64,000 bases of DNA from Hormiphora californensis. Taxonomy: Eukaryota > Animalia > Ctenophora. This document shows, in pieces, positions 63,145 to 64,000 of this stretch (position 1 is the stretch's first letter; every line of letters begins with the position of its first letter). The stretch covers positions 4,774,001 to 4,838,000 of the forward strand of contig CM035360.1 of assembly GCA_020137815.1 (NCBI GenBank), written 5' to 3'. The position numbers were made by a program, and so were the translations under genes. Under the pieces are notes generated by a model that was given only the letters and a program-made list of their open reading frames with translations, did not search any database and had not been told where the DNA came from.

Positions 63145-64000
63145 TTATCTCCAGTACTGATACAACAGATGGCAAACTACTCAGTTCTCAATCTTGTCTC
63201 CCCCCATCAACTTTACGGACTACAGACTGCAGATTCTCTTTCCCTCACTATCCCTCCATATCCCTATCTTTCCCTCTCTTTCCCTCCCTTTATCTCTCTT
63301 TCCCTCTTTGGACTTGGTTTGGTTTGGACATATTTTCTCTCCGATCTCATAAATATTAAATGGCCCCAATTCCCTCAAACACTTGTTGAGTGGAGACTCT
63401 CCACACACTCCATTAGCAGTCTTGTGTAGAGCTGTGAAATTCGCACTGAGCACTCAAAAAAAACAAGTACTGAGCAAGGAGAGATAGATGCTCAGAGAGA
63501 GATGAGACAAAGAGAGAAAGTGAGAGAGAGAGAGAGAGCGAGCGAGAAAGATGCCCAGAGAAGGAGAAAATGGGGGTTGAGGGGTGCTAATGCAGTACTC
63601 CAAACACACGATAGGTTTTCTTTATGCAGGAGATAAGATAATGGGCATTATCTGGCTATGATGCTCATGATGATGGACAGAGGGCTGTATTACAATAGAT
63701 GATCATCTATAATGTGAATTGTATATTGTACATGCCATTACAACAAAAAGTACAACTATCCCAGCGATTATGATCAGTAGGCATTTATTAAGAATGTGCT
63801 GTGTAATCACTTTGTAACAGCTGAACTGCAGTAGCTATGGATTTAATCCTGGGAAGCAGCATTATTAGCATTACTATTAGCACTACTATCACTGCGCTGG
63901 CAAGCGCAAAGGTGACCCCATCCATCCCCCGAAAAAAAATTCCCCCAAAAACGGCCCGCTTGCTCACAGCGTATATATAGTTATTTCATACTTTTAGCCC

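Overview
Eukaryotic (animal) genomic DNA with spliced genes, many (GA)n/(CT)n tracts and many non-autonomous DNA transposons. A ctenophore source (Pleurobrachia/Hormiphora-like) is my inference from the repeat types and the glutaminase expansion; it is not shown directly. Every gene I could assemble lies on the minus strand. In window order they are: a prominin-like gene (12879 to beyond position 1); a TMCC/TEX28-like coiled-coil, 2-TM gene (core 14379-16326, possibly starting at 34179); three tandem tRNA-Glu(CTC) genes in an intron; a tandem cluster of three glutaminase+ankyrin genes; and two orphan spliced genes. The main result is in the glutaminase cluster. Two copies have intronless coding regions, a complete catalytic site and a near-identical core segment. 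The third has an intact 6-exon, 680-aa frame but has replaced most substrate-binding and catalytic residues, so it looks like a conserved pseudo-glutaminase. Also notable are 1.56-kb foldback elements whose two arms match within each copy, recurrent X-box (RFX)-like palindromes, and tandem duplications that span splice sites. All exon models were built by hand from GT-AG sites and phase compatibility. No database searches were run.
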